In this document: piece by piece, positions 1-12,949 of the stretch
How the letters are laid out: every line of letters starts with the position of its first letter
How positions within the stretch are numbered: position 1 is the first letter of the stretch
Assembly (NCBI GenBank): GCA_030390025.1
Contig: CM059432.1
Coordinates: 23,996,001 to 24,060,000, forward strand
Length of the DNA stretch: 64,000 nt
DNA from: Squalus acanthias
Taxonomy: Eukaryota
Reading direction: 5' to 3'
Program-made: the position numbers and the translations under genes
Notes under the pieces: model-generated
What the model was told of the DNA's origin: nothing
Databases searched by the model: none
Seen by the model: only the letters and a program-made list of their open reading frames with translations

Positions 1-1639
1 GAGGGAGCAAGACCACCTTGTGAAGCGTTATTCTATGCCCTGGATGCACACCACCTTGTCAATATCGCAGCGCTTCCTCTGCAAGGTAATGCGGAGCTGA
101 AGTCAGTCTGCGGTGTAAATGGAGTGTTTATCATTCCTTCAGATGAGATTAATTTACATGACAGTAACAACGGAAACAAAATAAAAGACGCTAACCATCA
201 GAAAGAAATTAAATGGGAACGACAATACTTATAAAGCAAAGGCACTTTAACAAAGCAAAAACTCATACAATCTAAATTCAGACTTAATGCCTTGTGGAAT
301 GGACAAAATTTAATTTCCCCTTTACATGACAGAAACCATACTCTGTGAGTGTGGAGATTGCTCAGAGAATCTATTAACCTGGCAATTTAAAAAAACACAA
401 GCAGCGGTCAAGTTAATTGTATGCATGGAAAGAACTGAGAGAAACCATGAAATTGACACAATAGAAATTAATCAACTTTACTGAGCCCTTGGGTCAGGCT
501 GAGGATGATCAGAAATTCTTTGATCTACCTACTTCCAAATTCATTATCTCAGGGGAAAACTAAAAGGATAAATTACAGCTGTACAAACTGCAGGTGTGAT
601 AAAGACTTCAAGCTTAACACCCAAGGAGTTTTGAACTAGGCAGTTTGGTTTCTGAGGGAACTCTGCTGATATTTCAAAAATGTAGTAAAAAAAAAGTCTG
701 CTTCTTAAAATAACAGTTCATTTTTTCCGCTTACGCTTACAATGATAACATTTTTCAATGTATTTTCACCATCAGCAAAGCCAGACCTATGTCCCACCCT
801 TGTCCTGATTCCTGACCCTATCCTGACCTTTCTTGTTTTGGAGGCGACAAAAGCTGGCAACCTTACATTACATTTGAGTAACTACAAAAGGGCCTTCTTG
901 ACACTACAGAGTGGCAAAGGAGAAAACTACTTCACAGGTTAATATGATGGAAGACAAGCTATAGACGTGGGAGTATTTTCTGCCGACATTGGCTGCCCAA
1001 GGTGGAAGACCGCTCAGTTCTTCAGAATTGGCATCTTCACCAGCACAGAATTCACAAAATATATAAAGAACACAAATTCCAACATATATTTAATGATTGA
1101 TAGCTATAGTCATTGAGGGTGCAAGCTCTGTGCTCATAGTGAATGCTTCAGGCTGTGTTATTCTGTAATAACAGGCACCTTTCTTCTGTAATGCCATGAA
1201 GGAACTTTTGTAGTGCAGTCAAAGGAAACGTAGGGTTGCCACCTCCAAAACAAGGTAAGGTCAGGATAGGGGTGGGTCGTGGCTTGGGTTCTTGCTTTGC
1301 TGCTGCTGAAAATTCATTGGAAATTTTAATCAGCTCAGTGTCTCCTATTCTAACATAACCCACATTCGGATCGTCACCATGAAATAGATACGGCAAAAAT
1401 GTCAATTTAATAACTCTTATTGCACAATTTTGGATTTAGTGAACTCCTTTTGTGAAAGCTTTTACCACATACTAATGCTGACTGGAGCATTCCCTATGAC
1501 TATTAGTGAATAGGTCACCATGTAGCTGCTGAGCCGTGATGGTTGAGCTTCTCCTGAGTATGCATGTTGTTCTAGGCATCAGTGTGCTCTCCATCAACCA
1601 AAAGGACCAGCACGATTCAGTAACTTATCTAACCAAAAG

Positions 1640-2070
1640 AAAAACTTGCATTTGTATAGCGCCTTTCACAACCTTGGGATGTCCAAAGCGCTTTACAGCC
1701 AATGAAGTACTTTTGAAGTGTAGTCAAATGTAGGAAACGCGGCAGCCAATTTGTGCACAGCTGGCTCCCACAAACTGCAATGAAATAAATGATCAGATCA
1801 TCTGTTTTAGCTGTTGGTTGAGGGATAAATGTTAGCCAAGAAACTGGGAGAACTCCCCTGCTCTTCTTCGAATAGTGCCGCATGATCTTTTACATCCACC
1901 TGAGAGGGCAAACGAGACATCGGTTTAATGTCTGATTTGACAGTGCAGCACTCCCTCAGTACTGCACAGAAGTGCCAGCCAAGATTTTGTGTGCAAGTCT
2001 CTGGAGTGTGGCTTGAACGCACAACCTGCTGACTCAGCGGTGAGAGTGCTACCACTGAGCCAAGGTTGAC
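1640..2070 (-). mobile_element. tRNA-derived Deu-type SINE (SacSINE1-like) with L2-like tail
   Basis: On the minus strand: tRNA-like head (ttggctcagtggtagcactctc...gttcaagcc), core gatgtaaaagatc...gaagaagagcaggggag, tail aaagcgctttgg...ggcgctatacaaatgcaag. Further copies elsewhere in the window. Confidence 0.7.
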
Positions 2071-2289
2071 ATCTTGAGAATAACCTCGAGCCAACGAAAG
2101 CACTTGCCTATGTATTGTGCTTTGATCACTCACAAAGGCGTCCCTAAATGTTCCAGTGTTATTCCCTTTATTTACTTCTCCTATAGGTATTAACATATGC
2201 TGGACTGTGATTCAGTGGTTAGCAAGTGGTCATTCTTTTTTACGCCTAGTTGTAGATGGCTGAGTCCAATCCGATGCAATGATATGAAA

Positions 2290-2440
2290 GTGTTTAGGAA
2301 GAATGTAGTGATGTGGAAGAGTTTAGGAAGACGAGTACGGTGGAAGAGTTAAGGAAGGATGTGGAAGAGTTTAGGAAGAATGTAGTGAAGTGGAAGGGTT
2401 TAGAAAGAATGTAGTGAGGTGGAAGAGTTTAGGAAGGGAA
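2290..2440. repeat. Degenerate ~30-bp tandem repeat (gtggaagagtttaggaagaatgtagtga)
   Basis: About five imperfect copies visible. Confidence 0.75.
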
Positions 2441-2636
2441 TTCAGAGTGCAGGCCATAGTGGCTAAAGGCTGTTCCTTTAAGGGTCTGCACAATGCCGAT
2501 GTGGGGGGAGGCATGGTAGTCCAGACTCAGAAAAATTTAGGACGCAAGATGTTGGACTGGAGTAGGTTGCAGAATTCGAGTGGCCAGTAAGCTAGCGTGT
2601 TTTTAAAAATTCCCATGCATCTTCTGTCCTAGGGTT

Positions 2637-3940
2637 TGGGAAGTGCTATTGAAGAAGCCTTGGCAAGTTGCTGCAGTCCATCCTTTAGACCATACACACT
2701 GCAGCTATGGTACGCCAGTGGTGGGGGGAGTTGATGTTTAAGGTGGTGGATGTACTGCCGATCAAGTGCACTGCTTTGTCCTGAATTGTTTCGAGCTTCT
2801 TGAGTGTTGTTACAGCTGCACCTATCCAAGCAAGTGGAAAGTATTCCATCACACTCCTGACTTGTGATTGTAGGTGGTGGGGAGCATTTGAGGAGTCAAG
2901 AGGTGAGCTACTCGCCGCAGAATATCCAGCCTCTGATCTGCTCTAGTAGCCACATCATTTATGTGGCTGATCCAGTTGAGTTTCTAGTCAATGGCAAACT
3001 GTTGATGGTGGGGGATTCAGCGATGGTAATGCCACTGAATGTCATGGGGCGACTCTCTGTTGTTGGAGATGGTCATTGCCTGACACTTGTTTGGCAGAAT
3101 GTTACTTACCGCTTATCAGCCCAAGCCTGGATGTTGTCCAGGTCTTGCTGTATGCGGGCATGGACTGCTTCATTAACTGAGGAATTGCAAAGAAATATTG
3201 GCATAGCTAGCAAAAACTGAAAGAGCCAAACATTAATCAAATCAGTGATTTGTCCATTCAAATGATATCCATAGAGGCCAACCAGGCAGATGTTCAGCAA
3301 TAGTCAAGTCTTTACAAAGACTTGACTATTGTTGTACACCCACCTGGCTAGAGTTGAAGACTATGCAACCATCAGTGAGAGCCCCACTTCTGACCTTATG
3401 AAGGACGGAAGGTCATTGATGATGCAGCTGAAGTTAGTTATGCCTTGGATGCTGCCCTGAGGAACTCCTGCAGTGATGTTCTGGGGCTGAGCTGATTTGC
3501 CTCCAACAACCACAACCATCTTCCTTTGTGCTAGGTATGACTCTAGCTGCTGGAGTGTTATCCCCCTGATCCCTATTAACTCAGTTTTACTTGGGCTCCT
3601 TGGTGTCATACTCAATTGAATGCTGCTTTGATGTGAAGGGCAGTCACTCTCACTCACCTCTAGAATTCAGTTCCTTTGTCCATGTTTGGACCAAAGCTAT
3701 AATGAGCTCTGAAACCAAGTGGTCCTGGCGGAACCCAAACTGAGCAGGTTATTGGTGAGTAAATGCCACTTGATAGCACTGTTGTCCAACACTTTGCTGA
3801 TGATAGAGAGTAGGCTGACAGGACAGTAATTGGCCGGGTTGGATGTGTCCCAGCTTTTGTGGACATGACATACCTGGGCAATTTTTCACATTGTTGGGTA
3901 GATGCTAGTGTTGTAGCTGTGCTGAAACAGATTGGCTAGA
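2637..3940 (-). mobile_element. Degenerate non-LTR retrotransposon (CR1/L2-group) RT fragment
   Basis: Minus-strand ORF pieces with RT motifs (AGVPQGSI, INDLPS, QQDLDNIQAWADK). Same family as 36912-39097. Confidence 0.8.
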
Positions 3941-4019
3941 GTAAGTACAATTAGTATGGGGTAGAATGTAAACAGCAGAGGTCAGATTACCTGTAGGGTG
4001 GACCCATCGTGAGCATACA

Positions 4020-4495
4020 GCATAGATTCACCCGAATGATGCCAGGGATGAGAAACTATAGGAGAGGCTTGAGATGTTGGGACTATGCCCTCTGGAGCAG
4101 AAAAGGCTATGGGGAGATTTGATAAGGGTTTTTTAAATTCTGAAAAGTTTTGATAGAACAAGTAGGGAAAGATGATTTCCTCTGGTTAGTGAGTCAGTGA
4201 TGATGGCTCATCATTTTAAAATAATCGTTAAGAGTGTGAGGAGAGAGCTTAGGAGACATTTCTTCCCATGAGTGACTTTAGAGCATGGAATACTTTGCCA
4301 CATGGAAAGGTTGAGACAGAGATCTTTGCATCTTTTAAGGAAAAAATGGATTAATATTTGAAGCAGAGGAAGATACAAAGCTATGAGAGAGAACAGACTA
4401 GTGGGATTAGTTTTGGATTGCTTTAACAAAGAGCCAGCCTAAACATGATGAGCTAAATTATCCACTTTTACATTGTAAACTTCTATGGTTCTATA
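4020..4495 (+). mobile_element. Old CR1 LINE 3' fragment
   Basis: Degenerate CR1 ORF2 C-terminus and ttctatg tail. Confidence 0.7.
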
Positions 4496-5374
4496 GTACT
4501 TGGGAGGCCAGCTAGGAGCTTGCTGGAAAGTCAAGCTGAAGTGAATCAAAAATATGAAAATTGTAGTTGTACTGCCAAGGAATCTTTATAGAGATGTTGT
4601 ACCCTACATTCCTTTGATTTACAAATGTATTACTGTCTATCAATTCCTGGGGGAGAGATGAAGTAGTAAAATAAGAGAGTCTGCCTTAGCAAGTCAGCAA
4701 AACGAACTGAACTGTATAATACTTTAGAGAGATCCATCCAGAATGTATTAAATGACTATAAAAATATTGAATATTTCAGAGATTTCTTTCACTTAGCTTA
4801 ATTTATTATTAATTGGAAAAAGGAGGAGATTACTGCATCGGTAACTTTATAGGCATATGTAAAAATTGCTTTTGCAACAGTCAAGAAGATTATTTAAAAA
4901 GAGAGAGAAGCTGTATTAAAACATTTTGGAGATTTTGTTTTTAGAAATGTAGGTTATACAGGGGTGAGCCACAGAGTGGTAGGGTATGGGTATGGTGCTA
5001 GGAGGCGCTTCACAGTAAATGATCAGACTTAACTGTCCTAATGTTGCACTGGGGAGGGGATGGGAAAACTATTCTCCTTGGGCGGGAAGCCTTCTAGCTC
5101 CCAGCTGTCGAACTGCTTTGGCAGACACATGGGAACGTGTTGCCTGTTCACACGTTCAATCTGGGGGTAGCGTGAGGCACGGCGGGTGCTTCTGGGGCAA
5201 ATGGTTAAAAGTAGGAATTTAGAAAAGACTACTATTACTATAAACTATAAATATTACTACATTACTATAAACAACATTTTTTCACGAGATCACAGATAAA
5301 TACAGATAAGGAAATACCTACAGTCTGCCCATAATGCCACCAAATTTGTTCTTGAATGAGTGTAGGATTTTAGA

Positions 5375-5765
5375 GTTATAGAATCATACAGCTCAGAAGA
5401 AGGCCATTCAGCCCATCGTGCCTGTGCCGTCTCTTTGAAAGAGCTATCCAATTAGTCACACTCGTCTAATCTTTCCCCATAGCCCTGTAAATCTTTCTTT
5501 TTCAAGTATATATCTAATTACCTCTTGGAAATTACTATTGAATCTGCAGGCAGTGCACTCCAGGTCATAACAACTCGCAGCATGAAAAAAAAATTCTCCT
5601 CATCGCCCCTCTATTTTTTTTGCCAATTATCTTAAATCTTTGTCCTCTGGTTACTGTACATCCTGCCAATGGAAACAGCTTCTCCCTACCTACTCCATCA
5701 AAACCACTCATAATTTTAAACACCTCTATTGGTTGTCCCCTTAACCTCTGATTTAATGAGAACAT
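5375..5765 (-). mobile_element. CR1 LINE 3' fragment
   Basis: ORF piece RLRGQPIEVFKIMSGFD...TRGQRFKI and CR1-type 3' UTR. Confidence 0.8.
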
Positions 5766-5774
5766 AGAGTCATA

Positions 5775-6666
5775 GGGGTAGAAATTAGGTCGCGCCCCAT
5801 TTGGGGCGCAAATATCGTCTGGACGCAAATATTAGCGCCTGGCGCTAATTATCGGCACTGACAGGAAACTTCACTTTTACCGCCCCGGGAGGTGAGTGGA
5901 GCGCTAAAGCAGGCGCTGCACACCTGTCTTAAGGCGCAAAGGCCGAGCAGTGAGGTGCTAACTCAGAGCGCTGGCGAAGCTCATGTAATGTCAGTCAGCA
6001 ATGAAACACACACACAATGGCACGGGCCAGTTCTTAAAGGGGATGGTTAATCTTGCTTTCCATCCACATCCTGTTCATTGCAGCCTTGAATCTCGGCCTG
6101 GAGAGACTTGCACATCAAATGTGCTGGAAAGAACAATGGAGAGTAACAGGCAAAGAGCTCAGAGTGCAGCTCCCACAGTCTCTGCTAAATCGATACAAGG
6201 AATGGCAAATCAAAATGAACCTGCAAAGTGCTGCTCAGTACCCAAAACTCCTTCACACAATGTTGAAACTCTCCAGAAGTCTCTCTCTCTCTCTCTCAGA
6301 ATGCGTAGTTCAAAAATGGCACCAACAATAAAAGGCAGGAAGCGGTCACCTTTAAATAGCGCTACCCCTTTCCCTTCATGACTGCAGAACGCTCCACTCA
6401 AACTGTCGTTGCTAGTGTCAGGCGATAAGGCAGGGGGCGCCACTCAATATCCGCTCCGGGGCGATACCGGGGTGTTGCGCACTCGACTGACGTCACGATC
6501 TGCCAGCGCAGGAGATCGTGGCCGTAGTGTTTAGCGCCGCCGCAAAATGTCTAGTTAATTTTGCGAGCGGCGCAAACTTCGCCGCACCTGGGCGCTAGAT
6601 GCTTTGCGCCCCATTAGCGCCCTCTTAAGGCGCTAACGGGAGGTGCAACCAACTGAATTTTTCCCC
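5775..6666. mobile_element. Harbinger-like non-autonomous element (MITE)
   Basis: TIRs ggggtagaaatt / aatttttcccc and GC-rich subterminal gcgcc motifs like those of the Harbinger ends in this window. Confidence 0.7.
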
Positions 6667-6667
6667 T

Positions 6668-7380
6668 ATTGAGTCATAACGGCACAGAAGGAGGCCATTC
6701 GGCCCATCGAATCTGTGCCGGCTCTCTGCAGAGCAATCCAGTCAGTCCCATTTCCCCGCTCTATCCCCGTAGCCCTGCAAGTTTATTTCCCTCAAGTGCC
6801 TATCCAGTCTCCCCTTGAAAACATTGAGTGTCTCTGTTTCCACCACTTCCGTCGGCACCGAGTTCCAGGTCATCACCACTCGCTGTGTAAAAAAGATTTT
6901 CCTCTCATCCCCCCTGTATCTCTTGCCCAAAACCTTAAATCTGTGTCCCCTAGTCCTTGTACCATCAACTAGTGGGAACAGCCTTTCCCCGTCTAGCCTA
7001 TCCAAACCCGTCATAATCTTGTACACCTCTATCGATTCACCCCTCAACCTCCTTTGCTCGAATGAAAACAAATTCAGCTTCTCCGACCTGTCCTTGTAGC
7101 TAAGATCCCCCATCCCCGGAACCATTCTGCTAAATCTCTTCTGCACCCTCTCAAGGGCCTGCACATCCTTCCTAAAGTGTGGTGACCAGAACTGGACGCA
7201 ATACTCCAGTTGTGGCCTAACCAGCGCTTTATAAAGGTTCAGCATAACTTCTCTACTTTTGTACTCAATACCTCTATTTATGAAGCCCAAGACCCCATAT
7301 GCTTTGCTAACCACTCTCTCAATATGTCCTGCCACCTTCAGGGACCTATGCACATTAACTCCCAGGTCCCTCTGTCCCTG
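6668..7380 (-). mobile_element. CR1 LINE 3' portion (ORF2 C-terminus)
   Basis: The 238-aa ORF carries QRDLGV, LVRPQLEYCVQFWSP and RRLRG motifs. A second CR1 piece abuts at 7381-7480 and appears to resume near 11886. Confidence 0.9.
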
Positions 7381-7980
7381 CAATTCCAGCTTCTCTACTC
7401 TCTCCATATAACTGAAGGCCCTCATCCCTGGTACCATTCTAGTAAATGTCACCTGCACCCTCTACAGAATTGGACACAATGGGGGGAAATTCACCCCCTT
7501 AGCACCTCCCGTTAGAGCCAGTAGATGGCGCTAATGGGGCATTAGACCAGTATCGCGGGGCGAGGCGAATCCAGCGCTGCACACCAAATCCGGCCCCCCG
7601 TAGCGCAGCCGGTAAGAGGTATCGTCGGGAAAGTCAACGGCAGGTAAATCGTGACATAAATGAGCGTGCAATGCTCACTGACTGCCCGATTTGAAAAATT
7701 GATTCTCACCACTTACCTCACTGCCTGGAGTAAACACTGACAGGGAGAGCTGGCGTGCAGCACCACGAAGCCAGCTCCAGGGACGTTATTTAAAGGCATC
7801 ATCAGTAATCACTTGCAGCTGTCAGGTTAGTGCAGTTTCAGTGGTTTCTTGTCAGTTTCACCCACTGCAACAGTTTCATTCAGTAATTTGAAGGTTCTTT
7901 TGTATCAGGAGTCTTCTGGTAACTAAAAAGTAGTTAAATTTATTCTTCAAAGATTCAAACTGCTACACTTGGTAACATTA

Positions 7981-8250
7981 ATGGGGGCTGTACTGGCAGT
8001 TGACCTCGCCCTCCAGGATCTACAGCGGCGGGAGCGGAGGCAGCGAGAAATATGGGAGTATGTGCGCAGCAAGAAGAGGAGGGACATCAGGGCTCTCACC
8101 AGGAGGCTTTACCCTCTGAGGGTATTCCGAGAGCACTTCTCCTACCTTCAATTAAGCGAGGAGCAGTGTATTAGATTGCTCCGCCTCACCAAGGAGGTGG
8201 TCACAGAACTCTGACGCCTCCGGCAACCAGACCACCAGACTCACACCAGG
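7981..8250 (+). pseudogene. Harbinger transposase N-terminal fragment
   Basis: YPLRVFREHFSYLQLSEEQCIRLLRLTKEVVTEL, homologous to the start of the 10436-11260 copy. Confidence 0.8.
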
Positions 8251-8419
8251 ATGACTAAAAGCCCAGATCCCCTTTGCTCACCACATCCCCATCATTCCAT
8301 CCCTGTCACAGGCTGTATCAAACCATAAAGCTGAAATGACAGATACCACAAAAGAATGGTAAGTGAATTAATAAATTTATCAAAAATCAGTGAACACATA
8401 TTTACACCAAAAATATGAA

Positions 8420-10284
8420 CTATTCATCCTTGTACAATCCCTTAGTGCCTCTCGTTACAGTGCCTATGTCTACTCTAGTGCTCCTACGAAGTGTTGGCCC
8501 AGTGGATGCAGCACGGCTGGTGGAAGGCTGCTGAGTGTCCATGTGGGAGACTTCAGTTGGCCTTGCAGGACGCCCTCGAGCAGCTCTGGGCCTGGAAGGC
8601 CCGGCTGTAGACTGCACCACCTCAGCATGGGCGGCAGCAGTCTGGGCTCGCTGGATGACAGACAGCGACAAGGGCAATGGCAGAGTGGCAGTGGACAGCA
8701 GGTTCCTGCTCCACTGACCCACTGCCACTCCCCCGGGGCAGCACCTCAGCATCCCTAGCAATCTGTTGGAACACAGATTGCTGGCCTGCTGCAATACTGT
8801 GAAAGCCCCAGTCGATGGTGGTAGACCCAGCCATGACGGCAGTAGTCAGAGCTTGCGTGGCATCAAGCTGAGACTGCATGAGAGCAGTCCAAAATTGGAT
8901 GCCACCAAGCATCAACTGCATTACAGCACTAAGACATTGCGTCACTTCCGCCTGTGCTGCAATGGAAACTGCCAGATCGCCCATCACACACGGCATCAGG
9001 TTTGGGTCGCCACAGTTCTCTCTGGGAGCCTACCATCCATTCCAGACTGGAAATGATGGGCTCCATGGTGTGCGCAGAGCCTTGTGCAATGTTGGAGGCG
9101 AACTCCTCCACGCTCATTACCATTGCCGAGAGGCTCTTGGGCATCCTTGCCATTGCACCTATCATCTCTGTATGCATGCCCATCACTCTTCTTCTAAACG
9201 CCTCCCCATCGAGGTCCTCACCTGAGTTATGTGCAGCAGAACTCGCGCACGAACTCCACCTCTGGGGAGCTGGCCTCTGAGCTATCCTTTCCCCCTGGCC
9301 TTGCTGCAGTCCGCTCATCCCCGGTGCATCACCCTGTGCAGATCCCACTCCTATACTAGCATCTAAAGAACGCGTAGTGCCAGTATCTTCGCTGGTGTCT
9401 GTGGGTGAGAGATGCAGTGATGCGGTGTGTGCTTCCTCCTCTCTTCTCCCGTATCGCTCTCTACGGTGCCCTCAGGGATAGGCTGCTCAGGTGCTTGCTG
9501 ATTATCTGAAAGCAAAAAGGCACAAGAGTTGGGTTAGGGTGAGGGGAGGGGGGCAGGAAGGGAGAAATGAATGCGTACAGCATGATTAGCTGGAAAGTGC
9601 GAAACGCTTGTGGGTTGAGGGGGAAGTGGGATGAGAGAGGAAGGAGTAGGGATGAACATACCGTTGTTGCACCCAAGGGGGTCAACGTCGCCGGTGGCCA
9701 TGGCGCCCACCACCTGGCACCCAATAATCTGCAGCACTCTATTTTCCAGCGCAGACTGTGGTTGGATGTCGGCTTGTCTCCCTCCTGTGCGCTCCTGCTC
9801 CCTCCTGTTGTGAGCCAATTGGCCTGCAAGAGAAAGGAAAGTGTGTGAGTGAGTGTGGAGCAATGTGTTTGGGTGATGTGCCTGCCGTAGTTGAATAGCT
9901 GTCATTGTGTGCAATGTGTGAGATGTGGGTGTGAGTGTTGGTAGGTAGAGATTGTTGGTGGGTGAGTGCTGGAGGTGTGGTACTTTAGGCAGTGTGTGCA
10001 GACTGAGGTTCAGATGGTGGTATGCAACATTTGTTGAAGCATTCACTCACCCTGACCACCCGAGTGAGGTCGTTAAATTTCTTCCTGCACTGTGTGTGGG
10101 TCCTGGGGACCACAGTGCTGCCCAAGACCTGATGGGCTACCTCCATCCACATGGTGCAGAAGTCTTGTGGCGAGGGCCTCCTGCCACTTGCTGGGTAGAG
10201 CACCGCCCTCCCTCTCTCCACAGTGAACACCAACACCTCCAATGCTTGATTGCAGAATCTGCGGGCTCTGTCCCTGAGGCATGA
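8420..10284 (-). pseudogene. Harbinger Myb/SANT-like DNA-binding protein gene (spliced, frameshifted)
   Basis: W..VA..V...RTHTQCRKKFNDL motif followed by a gtgagt donor. Later exons are homologous to 29703-31523 (VVQSTAGPSRPRA). Confidence 0.8.
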
Positions 10285-10435
10285 TCTGCTATGAGTACAG
10301 CTGCTTCAGTCCTCCACCTCCCTCTCCTTGACCCGCTGCTGCTTGCTGAGGCAGCTTCTCAGCCAGCAATGCTAAGAATGAGGTTCTGCAGCAACAATAA
10401 CCTCCCCTTTAAGAACTGGAAAAAGCCTATGGCAA

Positions 10436-11260
10436 TCATGACTTACGATTAGACTGCACCTGCTGGGCAAGAGCATTGAGGTTGCGGAGGGGAGTCATGA
10501 GCCAGGTGGAGAGCGGATAGGCCTTTTTTCCGAGCAGCCAGCCGTGAGCTTGATGTGCTAGTCCACCGGTCTGGCGCAGGATGAAGGCATCGTGCCTGCT
10601 GCCAGGATCATGGGCATTGACATTGAGGATTAGCTGTGTGTGGTCGCGCACCAACTGCACATTAAGTGAGTCGTAGCCTTTGCGGATCTCAGGATTGTTA
10701 CGGGGTGCCTGCAAAACCACATGGGTGCAGTCAATGGCGCCCTGCACCATGGGGAATCCCGCTATCCTGGCAAATCCACATGCATGTTCGTCCTGCTTCT
10801 CTCTGGTGATGGGGGAGGAAATGTAGTCCCTTCTCCTACTGTAGAGAGCCTCTGTGACATCCTGGATGCAGCGATGGATGGCGAACTGCAAGATGTTAGC
10901 TATGTCTTCTGTTGCAGACTGGAAGGATCCGCTGGCGAAGAAATTGAGGGTGATGGTGACCTTGACTGCCACTGAGAGAGCCGTGGTCGCCCTGATCTGA
11001 GGCTGGAGGTCTGGTTGCAGGAAATGGCAGAGTTCTATGATCACCTCCTTGGTGAAGCATAGCCTTCTAATACACTGCCCCTTGCTTAATTGGAGGTAGG
11101 AAAAGTGCTCTCGGAATACCCTCACAGGGTAAGGCCACCTGTTGGGAGCCCCGATAGCCTTCCTCCTCCCTCTGGCCACATGTTCCAGTTTTTCTCGCTG
11201 CCTCCGCTCCCTCTGCCATAGATCATGGAGTGCAAGGTTGACTGCCAGTACAGCTCACAT
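10436..11260 (-). pseudogene. Harbinger DDE transposase (HARBI1-like), 3' truncated
   Basis: FFASGSFQ, GFPMVQGAIDCTHV, SLNVQLV, PGSRHDAFIL and GWLLG..AYPL motifs. Confidence 0.9.
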
Positions 11261-11950
11261 TAATGTAACCAATTGTGGCAGTTTGATTTTTTTTTAAGAA
11301 TAAATGTAACTACTTTTTAATTTCCACAACATTCCTGATACTAAATAATCTTGAAATCACGGAATGAGACTGTTGCACTATGTAAAACTGACAAGAAAGC
11401 ACTGAAACTCCGCTAACCTGACAGCTGCGACTCATCACTGATGATCCCTTTAAATAACTTCCCTGGAGCCGGCTTCCTGGTGCTTCATGCCAGCTCTCCC
11501 TGTCGCTGTTTCCTCCAGGTGCTAAGGTAGGTGGTGACAATCAATCTCGCAGATCGGGCGGTCAGTGAGCATTGCACACTCACTGAAGTCACGATCCACC
11601 TGGTGGCGCTGCTGGGGGGGTGGTGGGATTTCGCGTGCAGTGCTGGATTTGCTTCGCCCCGGTGATAATGTTCTAGTGCCCCTTTAGCGTCCTCTGCTGG
11701 CGCTAATGGGAGGCACTAATTTCCCCCCCCCCTTGGTTTTAAGACTTGATTTAGGATTCCAATCATTTTATTGAGCAGTGAGCACGAATTTTGTGTGCAG
11801 TCTATAGCATTTGCGCCTGGCGCTAAATCTCCAACTTTTCTACTGACACTGCTCATTCCTTGGCTATAATGACTTTTTAGACCAATATTCCAGCTGAGGC
11901 CTAACAATTGATATAAAGCTTCTGCCTAACTTCCTTGATTTTGTTCTCTA

Positions 11951-12800
11951 TTTCTCGATATTAGCGGGGATTCGGGGAGGGAGCAGGGGCAGTTTTGTGG
12001 TCAAGAAACCTGGTAGAACTGGTTTCCCTCAGGTCCTGCCGAATTTAATGGCAGGACCTGATTACCATTTTTGGACTCGGTTTCCTGGCCGCAGCTAGCC
12101 ACACTGAGAGGCTGGCTGGCTGTCGGGTGGGTAGGCAAATCAGCAACAGGCCGTAACCAGGGAGCGAAGAGGATGGATGGAGAGATTGGGGGTCGGAGGA
12201 GAACATGGATGTGTGGGCTGGCGAGATCGAGAAGGAGAGGAAAAGATCACCTGGGGGTGGGGGGTCGATCCTTAAAATATTTTAAGGAGGCTGCGTGTCT
12301 CCATTTTAACTTAACTTTTATTTTTAATTCCTGCAAATCAGGCCTCCCAGGCCTGGGGAAACCTGACAGCTGAAGGGAGATGTGAAGGGCCGGATCCATC
12401 AGGTAAGTGCCTTTACAGCACTGCTTGTCGGCCAGGAGGAGCAGGAGTGTTTCCCCTTGGCCCAATAAGCAAGTCTGTAAACCCCTTCGCGATCTGTCCG
12501 CACCCCCTTGGCTGTCCGACTTCCCCCCGCGATCTCTCTGAACTCCCCCCCAATGCCCACCTCCTCCCCGATGACTAGCCGCCTCCCAATGACCAACCCC
12601 CTCCCGATGACTGACCCCCCTCCCAATGACCGACTCCCTCCCGATAACAAATCCCTGGCTGTGGCCTGGAGCTGCAGGCCTACCTGCCCGAAAGCCAGCC
12701 AGCCTTCAATCTGGCTGGCTGAAGCCAGGAAACATAGAATTATTTTTTAAAAGCTGGTCCTGCTAAACCTCCCCCCCGCCTCCCTGTTATTATCGGGGTC
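11951..12800. mobile_element. Non-autonomous DNA element (MITE)
   Basis: Imperfect terminal inverted repeats (gatattagcgggga / tccctgttattatc) and the internal motif shared with other MITEs here. Ends approximate. Confidence 0.5.
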
Positions 12801-12949
12801 AAGTACCAATTTAGATTATGTGCTCAAATGCATAGCAATGCTTGAATTCACAGCCTTCTTACTCAGATATGAGATATTGGTGTGTTTATTGATGTGTTTT
12901 GGTGGGTTTGTTGGTGTATTTGGATGTGTGCCTTTGACATGGTCGACCA

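Larger units (their letters stand above)
7481..11728. mobile_element. Composite PIF/Harbinger transposon with two transposase-side ends in inverted orientation
   Basis: TIRs ggggggaaatt / aatttccccc. Arms 7481-8250 and ~10985-11728 are diverged inverted copies. Contains transposase and Myb/SANT remnants. Confidence 0.8.

Noticed and set aside
1..90. Possible host exon ending in caag|gtaat
   Set aside because: Cut by the window edge, the translation is not recognisable, and no partner exons were found.
10436..11179. Domesticated host HARBI1 gene
   Set aside because: Truncated and mutated, flanked by TIRs and paired with a Myb gene, so it is a transposon copy.
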